DNA of 64,000 nucleotides from an uncultured Methanomassiliicoccales archaeon (GTDB lineage Archaea; Thermoplasmatota; Thermoplasmata; Methanomassiliicoccales; UBA472): NCBI GenBank assembly GCA_963800775.1, contig CAWDCQ010000019.1, positions 400 to 64,399 of the forward strand, read 5' to 3'. Shown piece by piece: positions 31,207 to 41,033 of this stretch (position 1 is its first letter; each line of letters starts with the position of its first letter). The notes under the pieces were generated by a model. It saw only the letters and a program-made list of their open reading frames with translations, ran no database searches and was not told where the DNA came from. The position numbers and the translations under genes were made by a program.

Positions 31207-32132
31207 TGTACAAGGTCCTGCTGTTCGACGGCGGCGTATACCGCATAAACGAGCTGTACGAGCTGATAGAGGACATCGGCGGCTTCGTCATACAGAAGAC
31301 CACCATCCAGGTCATGATCACGGTCACCATGGCCATCCCTGAGGAGGACCAGCCCATCATCGAGGCCAAATCGCGCGAGCTGGGCGGGAAGCTGGTGGAC
31401 GTCCCGCTGGCGGGGACCGAGATAGCGGTGGTGGGCCCCACCCTCGGCCGGCACCACATGCCGCACCCCATTTGCGACATCGCGGAGCAGCTGCGGCGTT
31501 ACGGCGCCATCACCGTGGTCATGGGCCTGGCCCGCGGAAAGGGAAGGGCCACGGCGCAGATATCCGCGGACGAGAAGGCGATCATCGACGAGTATGACGC
31601 CGCCGTGTTCGTTCTGGGAAATTTCAAGGACTGCATCATCCACGACAAGTACCGCCTGTTCCAGGACATCTCCGTGCCGGTGACCGTGGTCTGCGGCCCT
31701 GACATCCCAGAGCTGCCCAACTGCGAAGCGCTCGTCTCCGGGGTGGGGAGGAAGGTGGAGCGGATGAGGCGGGCCGAGGAGATCGAGAAGCTGGAAGAGG
31801 TATCGACGGCCGTCGACCGGACTATAGCCAAACGCCGCCAGGAGATAGACGAGGACCCGCTGTTCGTCCATCCCTCAGAGATCAAGGAACGTCTGGAGGA
31901 TATCGAGGCGGTCCGTGAGTCGCTGCGCCCGGCGCCGATAGTGCTTCACTTGGACGGATTGCGGGTGAAAGTCCCGTTCGAGGAGTACGGGAAGCAGATC
32001 GCCGACCTCGAGGTCTACGGAAGGAAACTGGGGGACATAGCCAGGATAACCGGCTCCCGCATGCTGGGAAGCACCCTGATACGCATCATGACGGAGTGCG
32101 AAGTGAAGGCAAGGGACTCGGTCAGGCACTGA
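31206..32132 (+). CDS. mmp7: Methanogenesis marker protein 7
   Basis: MYKVLLFDGGVYRINELYELIEDIGGFVIQK..VVGPTLGRHHMPHPICDIAEQL..VVCGPDIPELP. ~308 aa. The ATG at 31206 is in the frame of ORF 30924..32132. Confidence 0.65.
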   Translation: MYKVLLFDGGVYRINELYELIEDIGGFVIQKTTIQVMITVTMAIPEEDQPIIEAKSRELGGKLVDVPLAGTEIAVVGPTLGRHHMPHPICDIAEQLRRYGAITVVMGLARGKGRATAQISADEKAIIDEYDAAVFVLGNFKDCIIHDKYRLFQDISVPVTVVCGPDIPELPNCEALVSGVGRKVERMRRAEEIEKLEEVSTAVDRTIAKRRQEIDEDPLFVHPSEIKERLEDIEAVRESLRPAPIVLHLDGLRVKVPFEEYGKQIADLEVYGRKLGDIARITGSRMLGSTLIRIMTECEVKARDSVRH

Positions 32133-32351
32133 GCCCGGTCGATCGGAAACGGATATCGTTATTACTGCGAGAACCGCATACATATTCGGTTGCTTACGAG
32201 GCTCATCGACACAAATTGCCGGTACCCGGGACGACGGCGGAGTCCCGGGCAACGCGTTCATGCGCCGGGCGGGCAGGCTTGGAAGCAGGGTCCAGGCCGC
32301 TGCCCCGGATACCGGGCGGTCGAAGTGCCGGAGCCAGCCGGGTGAAATGAA

Positions 32352-32871
32352 TTGACTGACGGGCTATCGACGGACCGCGGCACGTATGTTCTTCTGATCT
32401 ACCTGGAGGACGAGCATACGATCACGGTCGGCAAGCTCGGCCCGGTCCGGTTTCGGCCCGGTACCTACGCGTACTGCGGCTCGGCGATGGCCGGTTACCG
32501 GGGCCGCGTGGGGCGTCACTTCTCGAAGGAAAAGAAGCTGCGCTGGCACATAGATTACCTGCTCCAGGTGGGGGAACCGGTGGGTGCGTACCTGGTCCCT
32601 GGCGGTGAAGGCATGGAATGCATGCTGGGCGGCTCTCATTTCCTCGTTGGATGGTTCGGAGCCTATCGAGGGGTTCGGTTCATCCGATTGTTCTTGCCGT
32701 TCCCATCTTTGTCGGATCGATGACCGGTCGATAGATGCTTTGACCGGGCTGATAACAGACCTGACAGCAAAGGCGATCAGCCGGAAAATGATTAATATTC
32801 AGGATAGCCTAATCAATCACAGTACTGGTATGGTGAATGATCGTGGTAGACCCGAAGGCGGAAAAGATTGA
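32352..32871 (+). CDS. DUF123 / GIY-YIG (Uri) superfamily nuclease-like protein; frameshift at ~32625
   Basis: GTYVLLIYLEDEHTITVGKLGPVRFRPGTYAYCGSA..RVGRHFSKEKKLRWHIDYLL..ECML | ..PIEGFGSSDCSCRSHL. The exact end is uncertain. Confidence 0.55.
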
Positions 32872-33076
32872 GCACCGGATCAAAGAACTGAACGCGATCA
32901 GAGGAGAGTACCGGGCCGAGGCCGAGGAGGCGGACGCCCAGCTCAAGAAACGCAAGATCACGAAAGAAGAGCATGACCGCATCAAATCCAAGTGCGACGA
33001 GAAGATGGCGCAGATCGGCGATAAGGTGAAGGCCTGCAATGACGAGCTCCACGGGCTGAGGGACAAGAAACAATGA
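32837..33076 (+). CDS. Small coiled-coil protein (79 aa)
   Basis: Intact ORF with a K/E-rich heptad-like sequence (IKELNAIRGEYRAEAEEADAQLKKRKITKEEHDRIKSK..). Confidence 0.45.
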   Translation: MIVVDPKAEKIEHRIKELNAIRGEYRAEAEEADAQLKKRKITKEEHDRIKSKCDEKMAQIGDKVKACNDELHGLRDKKQ

Positions 33077-33233
33077 GGTCCGGACCGGCCTCCCGGGGTC
33101 CAGCGGACGAGATGCTGGCAAGGGGGCTGCGGTCAAATGTCAGTTTTCGTCGTGAAAATGTCGGAAGATGGGTCAGAAAATCGCCTGGAGCGGGCCTAAT
33201 CTTCTAATACTTCTCGCTCAGTGAATTATTATT

Positions 33234-33512
33234 GCCCGGAGGCGGAATGCGGTTCCGGACAGGACAAGTTCAGATGGACGAGGCTCCTCTGCTCGATCCT
33301 GTTTCCTTACGTGGCTAAGTCCACGTCCGTCAATAGGAAGGAATCGGGTATTACCCGTTTCCAGACGCGAACCTGCTAAGCGGGATAGGTTCCGTTCAGG
33401 CTGAACGGTGACCTGCAAGCAGAAAGGAAAAAACGGCCGCCTGAGAAGAAGGTCATTTTGTGGAATGACCTTCGCAGGTCGTCGGAATCCGGTCCCTCCG
33501 AAATCTCCGGGC
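33234..33512 (+). ncRNA. Candidate structured RNA R1 (~279 nt), family unknown; strand not certain
   Basis: 5' GCCCGGAGGCGGAATGC .. 3' CGAAATCTCCGGGC gives an 8-bp terminal helix. There is no credible ORF on either strand. An internal perfect hairpin is GAAGGTCATT-ttgtgg-AATGACCTTC. TAATAC lies ~26 nt upstream and a TTTT run just downstream. Confidence 0.4.
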
Positions 33513-33662
33513 GAGTTTTCCAGTCGCCGCAATGAACTACTGGCGTGATGATTTTTCGCATCAGATCTGATTCGATGGACCAAACACTGTTTCGTTTACT
33601 TTTGCTGATGATATTGGCGAATCGAAGATTAGAAATAGTCGCGGCAGCCTAGTTATATCTAA

Positions 33663-33955
33663 GCCCGGGGGCGGAATGCATCTGGGGAAAGCAGGAAGGT
33701 ACCTGCATCGTTTGTGGACGATGCCCAAGGAATCTGTGTCTGTTCCGGCGAAAGCTGGGTCTGAGCGATCGTTCGCGGCCTGCAGGTCGTGAAAAAGACG
33801 CTTGGATTCGCCTATGACAAAAAGAGATCGACTTGACCGTCGAAATCTTTGTCTGGCGATACGGAGCGTCCAAGATTCAGGTAAGAGTCAATTCTGCAGA
33901 AATGCTCAACCTGACCTGAGGACGAAGTACCCAGTAGGCCACGCAATCCCCGGGC
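33663..33955 (+). ncRNA. Candidate structured RNA R2 (~293 nt), same termini as R1
   Basis: 5' GCCCGGGGGCGGAATGC .. 3' CGCAATCCCCGGGC. Position 7 (A to G) and its pairing partner (T to C) change together relative to R1. AAATAG lies ~27 nt upstream. No credible ORF. Confidence 0.4.
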
Positions 33956-34106
33956 CTACATGCCCTTCTCGTCGGAGGGAAACAGGGGCGAAAAGCCCCT
34001 TAACACTACTATACTTTTGACTAGCCATTGCACTAGATAGAATTTTAATACGTTGATATGCTACGGGTTTACAATCTCGTTTATATTATCTTCGAGGGTT
34101 TCGATT

Positions 34107-35690
34107 ATGGAAGCCGCTGAGCACATACCCAAGAACCTCCAGGCAGCCGTAGCCAAATTGGAGGATGCCATAGGAAAGGCGAACGTCAAGACCAGCAAGA
34201 TGGAGAGGCTGCTTTACAGCCACGACCTGGCACCGCTGCCGAACATGGCTCAGCTTGGGTTCAAGAACATCCCGGACATCGTGGTAAGGCCGGGATCGAC
34301 AGAGGACCTGCAGAAGATCGTCAGGATCGCGGCCGAGGAAAAGATCCCCATCACTCCCAGGGGATCGTCCACCTGGGGATTGGGCGGTTCTACCCCGGTG
34401 TTCGCCGGGATACTCATCGACTTCACCGGGGCCATGAACAAGATCATCAAGATAGACGAGGTCAACTTGGAAGTCACTGCTCAAGCGGGATGCACCTGGA
34501 AGCAGGTCTCCGAGGCCTGCATGGCTAAGGGCATGTTGCTCGGATCCTATCCCAGCAGCTACCCGAGCGCCACCATCGGCGGCTGGACGTCCACCGGCGG
34601 GATCGGCGTCGGCACGTACAAGTACGGCGGTGCCGCGGACAACATCCGGGACATGGAGGTCGTGATGCCGGACGGGACCATCGTCAACACCGGCTTCAAG
34701 GGCGTCTGCGACAACATGACCGGCTACAACCTGACCCGCCTGATCAGCGGAGCAGAAGGGACACTGGCCGTAATATCCAACATCACCTTCAAACTGACCC
34801 CGGCCCCTGAGGTCGTGCGGCCCCTTACCTATTTCTTCAACGACCTGCCCTCCATCGGACAGCCGCTGCTCGAGATCGCCCACAAGCGGGTCGTTCCTCT
34901 GCACATAAGCTTCTCGGACGGGAACCACTTCGAGCTCCTGAAGAAGACGGGCAAGCACGTCACCGAGGTCGCCACCGCGCTCAACGTGGTGCTCGAGGGC
35001 GACAAGGAGACGGTAGCGCATGAGGAAGCGGTCATCGACGCGGTCGTGGCCAAGTTCGGGGGCAGGAAGGCCGATGACGCCACCGCAGCCCACGAGTGGG
35101 CCGAGAACTGCTACGAGTTCCGCTGCCGCGAGGTCGGGCTCGGATGCATCCCCGGTGAGGTCGTGCTCCCGGTGAAGGACTTCGCCGCGTTCGCCAAGCG
35201 CACCTATGAGCTCATGTACAATATGAAGATGACCGGCGCCATCATCGGGATCATGGCGGACCGGAACACCGTCATGTTCATGCCGTACTATCTATTCAAC
35301 CCAGATGACCTGGTGCAGATGACCGCCTTCTCGTTCAACAAGAAGTGCGGGGACATCGCCATGGAGTACGGCGGCCGGCCGCTCGGGTTCGGGGCGTTCT
35401 TCGCATCGAACCTCGACGCCATACGGGGCTCGGGCGCAAAGTACATCCGCGCCATCAAGAAGACGGTCGATCCGGAGGACATCATGAACCCGGGCAAGCT
35501 GACCGGAACGACGCTGCGCTACGGCATAAAGATCCCGCCGATGCTGTTCGAGCAGGGCATGAACGCCATGGCACTGGCCAAGGTCATGCTCCCCCGTGAC
35601 ACGCAGTTCGATGATAAGGCCGAGGCCTACGCCAACGAGCGCATGATCAAGGAAAGGGCCGAGAAGGAACACCAGCACCCGAAGCACTGA
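34107..35690 (+). CDS. FAD-binding oxidoreductase (GlcD / D-lactate dehydrogenase-like, PCMH-type FAD domain)
   Basis: PDIVVRPGSTEDLQKIVRIAAEEKIPITPRGSSTWGLGG..VTAQAGCTW..GSYPSSYPSATIGGWTSTGGIGVGTYKYG..DPEDIMNPGKL. Start is MEAAEH at 34107. Confidence 0.8.
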   Translation: MEAAEHIPKNLQAAVAKLEDAIGKANVKTSKMERLLYSHDLAPLPNMAQLGFKNIPDIVVRPGSTEDLQKIVRIAAEEKIPITPRGSSTWGLGGSTPVFAGILIDFTGAMNKIIKIDEVNLEVTAQAGCTWKQVSEACMAKGMLLGSYPSSYPSATIGGWTSTGGIGVGTYKYGGAADNIRDMEVVMPDGTIVNTGFKGVCDNMTGYNLTRLISGAEGTLAVISNITFKLTPAPEVVRPLTYFFNDLPSIGQPLLEIAHKRVVPLHISFSDGNHFELLKKTGKHVTEVATALNVVLEGDKETVAHEEAVIDAVVAKFGGRKADDATAAHEWAENCYEFRCREVGLGCIPGEVVLPVKDFAAFAKRTYELMYNMKMTGAIIGIMADRNTVMFMPYYLFNPDDLVQMTAFSFNKKCGDIAMEYGGRPLGFGAFFASNLDAIRGSGAKYIRAIKKTVDPEDIMNPGKLTGTTLRYGIKIPPMLFEQGMNAMALAKVMLPRDTQFDDKAEAYANERMIKERAEKEHQHPKH

Positions 35691-35831
35691 TCGTCCTTCG
35701 AAAGCGGGCACTGCCCGCCTTCGGTCAAATCACTTTTCAAAACCGTTTCCATATATTTTGACATTCCAAGCGAGCCCAGGCTGTCCTCGGGATAGGAAAA
35801 ATAGAACAAAGGGGAAAATATTTCCAAGCGG

Positions 35832-35978
35832 TCACTTGGTGGCGTACTTCTCCGGGCTCGCATCGAACTTCTTCTTGCATCCGGGGGCACAGAAGTAGTA
35901 GGTCTTGCCCTGGTACTCCGATTTCCACTTGGCGGTCTTCTCGTCGACCTGCATCTTGCATATCACGTCTTCAGCCAT
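35832..35978 (-). CDS. YHS/TRASH-type mini metal-binding protein (48 aa), start overlaps the copA stop
   Basis: Hand translation: [48 protein letters not shown]. Too short for the ORF track. Confidence 0.65.
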   Translation of the reverse strand: MAEDVICKMQVDEKTAKWKSEYQGKTYYFCAPGCKKKFDASPEKYATK

Positions 35979-38494
35979 TCTTGTTCACCTCCTCTTTGCT
36001 CCTTCTCTTGATTTCAGGGGTATATCTTTTCAGCAGCGCGGCGTTGGACACCACCGATACCGATGATAGGGCCATGGCGCCGGCGGCGATGATCGGGCTT
36101 AGCAGTACTCCGGTCAACGGGAACAGGACACCGGCCGCTATGGGTATTCCAGCCACGTTGTATCCGAATGCCCAGAAAAGGTTCTGCCGTATCTTTCTCA
36201 TGGTCTGGCGGCTCAGCTGGATCGTGGCCACCACGTCCTTCAGGTCATCCCTTATCAGGACCACGTCCCCGGTCTCCATAGCAACGTCGGTGCCGGATCC
36301 TATAGCCACCCCGATGTCCGCCTGGGCCAGTGCGGGGGCGTCGTTCACGCCGTCGCCCACCATCATCACCACCTTGCCCTGGGCCTGCAGTTTCGAGACC
36401 TCCTTCGCCTTGTCCTCGGGCAGTACCTCGGCCAGAACGTTGGTGATGCCCAGCTGCTCGCCGATCGTCCTGGCGGTCCGGATGTTGTCGCCGGTGATCA
36501 TGAATACCTCGATGTCCATCTTCTTGAGCGCCTCGATCGCCTCTTTGGCCGAGTCCTTGGGAACGTCCGCGATAGCTATCACGCCGACCGCCTTGCTCTC
36601 GCAGGCCACGATGACCGCGGTGCGCCCCCGGCCCTCGAATTCGACCACCTTGGGCTCGACCTTGGTCACATCGATCCCGTGCGACGTCATCAGCTTCCGG
36701 CTGCCTATCAGGACCTCCCGGCCCTCGACTAGCGCCCTTACGCCCATTCCCGGCACGTTCTCGAAGGTGTCCGCGTCGGGCAGGTTCTCCGTTCCCTTTC
36801 TTGCCCTGCGTACCACTGCCTCGGCCAGCGGATGTTCCGAGCCCTTCTCCGCTGTCCCGGCCAGCCTGATCATCTCCTCTTCCTTCATGTCAAAGGCGGC
36901 CACGTCGGTGACCTCGGGCTCTCCTCGGGTGAGGGTCCCGGTCTTATCGAAAACCACCGTAGTGGTGCGGCCTGCGTTCTCCAATGATTCGCTGCTCTTG
37001 ATCAGTATGCCGTTCTCTGCCCCCTTGCCGGTGCCCACCATGATCGCAGTGGGCGTTGCCAGGCCCAGCGCGCAAGGGCAGGCGATGACCATGACCGAAA
37101 TGAACGCCGTGAGGGAAAAGATGAACTGAGGCTGGTCTACGCTGAAAAGCCCGTACCCGATGAAGAACCAGAACAGGAAGGTGATGATGGCGATGGATAT
37201 GACCGCCGGGTACGAAGACTTCGGCCACCCGGTCGGCCAGCCTCTGTATCGGTGCCTTGGAGGCCTGGGCGTTCTCCACCAGGAGGACGATCTGGGCCAG
37301 AGCGGTATCCTTTCCCACCCGGGTGGCCCGGACCTTGAGCAGTCCGTTCTTGTTTATCGTCCCGCCGATCACCTCCGAGAACTCCGACTTGGACACTGGC
37401 ATGCTCTCCCCAGTCAGCAGGGATTCGTCCACCGATGACTGTCCTTCGATCACCGTTCCATCGGTGGGGATCTTCTCTCCTGGCCGGACCACCATCACGT
37501 CGCTGACGTCCAGTTCATCCGCCGGGACCTGGACCTCGACCCCGTCCCGGATGATGACCGCCGTCTTGGCCTGCAGGTCGATAAGTCGGCGTATCGCCTC
37601 CGAGGTCCGGCTCTTCGCCTTAGCCTCCAGGTATTTCCCGAACAGTATCAGGGCGATGATCATGGCAGAGGTGTCGAAGTAGACGCTGGTGTTTATGAAC
37701 GACGACGGAAAGAAAGTGACCGCCACGCTGTAGAAATAGGCCGCCGATGTTCCCACCGCGATCAGCGTGTCCATGTTGGCCCTCCGGTTCCTCAGTGCCT
37801 TGTAGGTGCCGGCATAGAACTGGTACCCGATCACGAACTGCACCGGTGTGGCCGCTATGAAAAGGATCAGGTTCCCCCAGTCCATCAGGAACTGCACCTG
37901 TCCCAGGGAGGTGAACTGCATCAGGAGCATGAGGACCATGATGGGTACGGCGATCGCCAGCGCCGAGATTAGCAGGATCTTCTGGCGGTGCAGCTCCCTG
38001 GCCCGCACCTCCTTTTCCTGATCGGAGTCCTGCGATTCAAGTACCTCGTAACCAGCATCGACGATGGCCTTCTTCATCTGCGGGACCCGCACCCGCTGGG
38101 GGTCGTATCGGACCGTCAGCTTCTCGGTGGCCAGGTTCACGCTGGCGCTCAGCACCCCGTCGAGGTCCCGGACCGCTTCCTCCACCGTCGAGGAACAGGA
38201 AGCGCAGCTCATGCCGCCGATGGAGAGCGTGACCTCGTTGATGATGACATCGTAGCCAGCGTCCACAACCGCTTTCCTCATTTCCTCGATCTTCACCTTT
38301 GACGGATCGTAGGTGACGGTGGCCTTCTCGGTGGCCAGGTTCACGTCCGCCCTTTCCACTCCTTCCAGGCCCGATAGGCTTTCCGAGATCGTCTGGGCGC
38401 AGGTGGCACAGGTCATGCCGGTCAGTCCGAAAGAGGCGGTCCTCTTTCCTCGTTCCCGGGCGGGAGACCTGTCATCGTCTATTTCCTCACTCAT
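35971..38494 (-). CDS. copA: Cu(I)-translocating P1B-type ATPase with two N-terminal HMA domains; frameshift at 37208-37210
   Basis: GMTCATCAQ and GMSCASCSS (HMA), [40 protein letters not shown] | [17 protein letters not shown] continues in the next frame at a GGG/CCC run. Confidence 0.92.
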
Positions 38495-38670
38495 CGTTAA
38501 CACCATATAGCGTCCTGTTCGAAGTACATAGCGATATACGATTGGCATGTTTTTGTGCAACGAAACATCTCAATTGGCAAAATCATAGTTGGTATTTTCC
38601 ACCAACACGTTTCGAACGGAAGATTGTTGCTCAGGAAATCTTATAAATTTAATGATGCAATGCGGACGTT

Positions 38671-39270
38671 ATGAATTTAGATGCAACTGATATTAAGATT
38701 CTCAAGGTTCTTCAGTCAAATGGCCGCCTCTCATTCAGGCAGATAGCAGAGAAGGTCAAGGTAAGTGTGCCGACGGTCAGTAGCAAGATCAACAGCATGG
38801 AGAGCATGGGAGTCATCAAGGGATATCAGGCTGAGCTCGACTCGGAGAAGCTGGGAGGGATCAGCGTCGTTCTGGACATCAAGACCAGACCGGCCGACAT
38901 GCGCAAGGTCTCCGACCGGTTCGCCGGTGACGAGCATGTGCGCAAGGCGTACATCCTGAGCAACAGTCGCATCCTGATCGTAGTCACGTTCACCCAGCAG
39001 CATCTCATCAACGAGTTCGTCATGACCCTTTCGGACATCCCGGAGATCGTCGAGTACGAGCTGACCAACATCATCGCCGTCGTCAAGGAGAACCAAAGGG
39101 CGGTCATTAACCCCGAGGTCAACGTGGTCCTGTCCTGCGCTTACTGCAACAAGGAGATAAGGGACGACGCCTACAAGGTCAAGGAAGGGGACAAGGAATA
39201 CTACGTCTGCTGCCCGATCTGCCAGAAGAACCTGGAACAGAAGATCGAGACCCTGAAGGCCAGGGTCTGA
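38671..39270 (+). CDS. Lrp/AsnC-type HTH regulator with C-terminal TRASH metal-sensing domain (CopR-like), divergent from copA
   Basis: DIKILKVLQSNGRLSFRQIAEKVKVSVPTVSSKINSME, then CAYCNKEI-x16-YYVCCPICQ (CX2C-X20-CX3C). Confidence 0.8.
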   Translation: MNLDATDIKILKVLQSNGRLSFRQIAEKVKVSVPTVSSKINSMESMGVIKGYQAELDSEKLGGISVVLDIKTRPADMRKVSDRFAGDEHVRKAYILSNSRILIVVTFTQQHLINEFVMTLSDIPEIVEYELTNIIAVVKENQRAVINPEVNVVLSCAYCNKEIRDDAYKVKEGDKEYYVCCPICQKNLEQKIETLKARV

Positions 39271-39644
39271 TCAGAGGGACGCGACAACCTCGATCTCGAT
39301 CGTCGCCCCCAGCGGAAGGCGGGCCACCCCGACGGTGGTCCTGGCCGGGTATGGTTCCTTGAAGTACTCCGCGTAGATCGCGTTGACCTCCTTGAACCGG
39401 TCCAGGTCGGTCATGTATATCGTGACCTTGATCACCTTTTTCATGGAGGAGCCGGCACGCCTCCAGCACAGAACTGATGTTCTTCATGATCTGTTTACCT
39501 CAGCGACCTCTCCGGATGGAGCCAATCTGCCTGTGGCCGGGTCGATCCCCAGCTGCCCGGAGCAGAACACGAGCTGTCGTTCACTATTGCCTGGGAATAA
39601 GGACCAACCGGGACCGGTGCGTTCTCGGTTCTAACATTCTTCAT
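39271..39644 (-). CDS. ridA: RidA/YjgF-family deaminase, multiple frameshifts
   Basis: MKNVRTENAPVPVGPYSQAIVND.. / ..QIMKNISSVLEA.. / ..VTIYMTDLDRFKEVNAIYAEYFKEPYPARTTVGVARLPLGATIEIEVVASL, recovered from three frames. Confidence 0.7.
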
Positions 39645-39695
39645 GCCGCTTCGATGCACCGCATGGCAAATCAATATACCCATCCCACTTCGAGC

Positions 39696-40392
39696 TCAAG
39701 GTCTGAGAAGCGCCGGCAGGCTGGAAACGTCGGTGATCACCGTGACCTCTCCGAACTCGTTCCAACGGGAACGGTCAGTCGCGCCGGAGAGCACTCCCAC
39801 GAAAAATGAGCCGGCCGATCGCGCGCACTCCAGGTCCATCGGGTGGTCTCCCACAAGGATGCATCGGTCATTGACCAATCCCATCATTCCGGCCGCCCGG
39901 GCCATCGCGATGGGGTTCGGTTTCGCTTCCTCGTCAGGAGTGGTCGTCCCGGCAGACTCTGCAGGGAAAATATTCCGCCAGACCCCGCTGCCGCCAGGGC
40001 CGCCTGCGTGTACTTTCTGGAACCTCTGGTAAGGACAGCGATCGAATAGCCTTCCTCGAGCAGTTGCTCGATCGTCTCGGATGCGTTCCCGGGACAGCCC
40101 GGGTCTCGCCCACCTTGAGCATCTCGATATCGCTCATCGATCTCCCGACATCCATACACATCGATCTTGCAGGCCTCAATCGATTTCACGGCCGATCAGA
40201 AAATTTAACGAGACCAGCAAATTGTCACGCAATCGTTTTGTTGTCTTCCGATATCTCTTCGGGAACTCCGGCCTCTTTCATTCTTTTGAACGTATGGCAC
40301 CTCATCTGCATGAAATCGATCGTGCTCACGATCAGGGTTCCGTCGAGATCGAAAACAATTCCTTCTATGCGGCTCGGATCAATGTTTGGCAT
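39696..40392 (-). CDS. HAD-superfamily phosphatase, frameshifted
   Basis: MPNIDPSRIEGIVFDLDGTLIVS (motif I), ..IAVLTRGSRKY.. (motif II region), ..ILVGDHPMDLECARSAG (motif IV), found in three ORF pieces. Confidence 0.7.
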
Positions 40393-40620
40393 GGTTCTGC
40401 ACCAGTACTGGAACGTCGAAATCAGGATATGAAATCGATTGTTGATTTTCGTCATTATCGTCGCAGGAATATATTTCCTAAAATGAGGGACTTTTCAGGA
40501 CGTATCTGGATGATTATTTTTTAGGCTTCATAGTATATAACATTAACTGTAGCATGCTCAAAGACCCTTTTAATATTCACAAAACCACATGGTACAATAT
40601 CAAGTCCTTGGGTGTTAATA

Positions 40621-41033
40621 ATGAGAGCCAAACTCACAATAAACTATAACAATGTTAGGAAGCGCGGAAACAACATGCCTCTCCCGGGCGTCGGACCACA
40701 CTCGATGCCACTGCCCGGAGTTGGACCTCATTACATGACCGCTTCCAGGGGTTGGACCGCAGCAGTATGCCGCTCCCCGGAGTTGGACCTCGTTCCATGT
40801 CATTGCCCGGTGTCGGACCACACTCGCTGCCGTTCCCCGGATTTGGACCTCATTCCATGCCACTTCCCGGCGTAGGGCCACACAGCATGCCTCTCCCGGG
40901 CGTCGGACCACACTCAATGCCACTACCAGGGGTAGGGCCTCATAAGACCTACAAGATGCCATTTCCCGGTGTCGGGCCCCACAGCACCGGTGGCTATACC
41001 ATGGGTCTCCCCGGCGTAGGGCCTCACAACTAA
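40621..41033 (+). CDS. Decapeptide tandem-repeat protein, about 11 copies of MPLPGVGPHS; 2-nt frame disturbance in copy 3
   Basis: ORFs 40612..40875 and 40752..41033 share the repeat. Copies differ mainly at third codon positions. Short basic N-terminus MRAKLTINYNNVRKRGNN. Stop TAA at 41031. Confidence 0.6.
40675..41030 (+). repeat. 30-nt tandem repeat array (11 units; units 9 and 10 extended to 39 and 45 nt)
   Basis: Units start at 40675, 40705, 40735, 40767, 40797, 40827, 40857, 40887, 40917, 40956 and 41001 (hand parsed). Confidence 0.85.

Noticed and set aside
33234-33955. R1/R2 as the RNase P RNA and SRP (7S) RNA genes (size and terminal helix fit)
   Set aside because: The universal RNase P P4 strings (GGAAAGUCC, ACAGAAnCCGGCUUA) and the SRP helix-8 string (GGAAGGGAGCA) were not found on either strand by eye. 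The elements are left as unknown. An Rfam scan is still needed.
40675-41030. The 30-nt periodic array as a CRISPR locus
   Set aside because: The units are contiguous with no spacers. They keep one reading frame and vary at codon third positions, so this is a coding tandem repeat.
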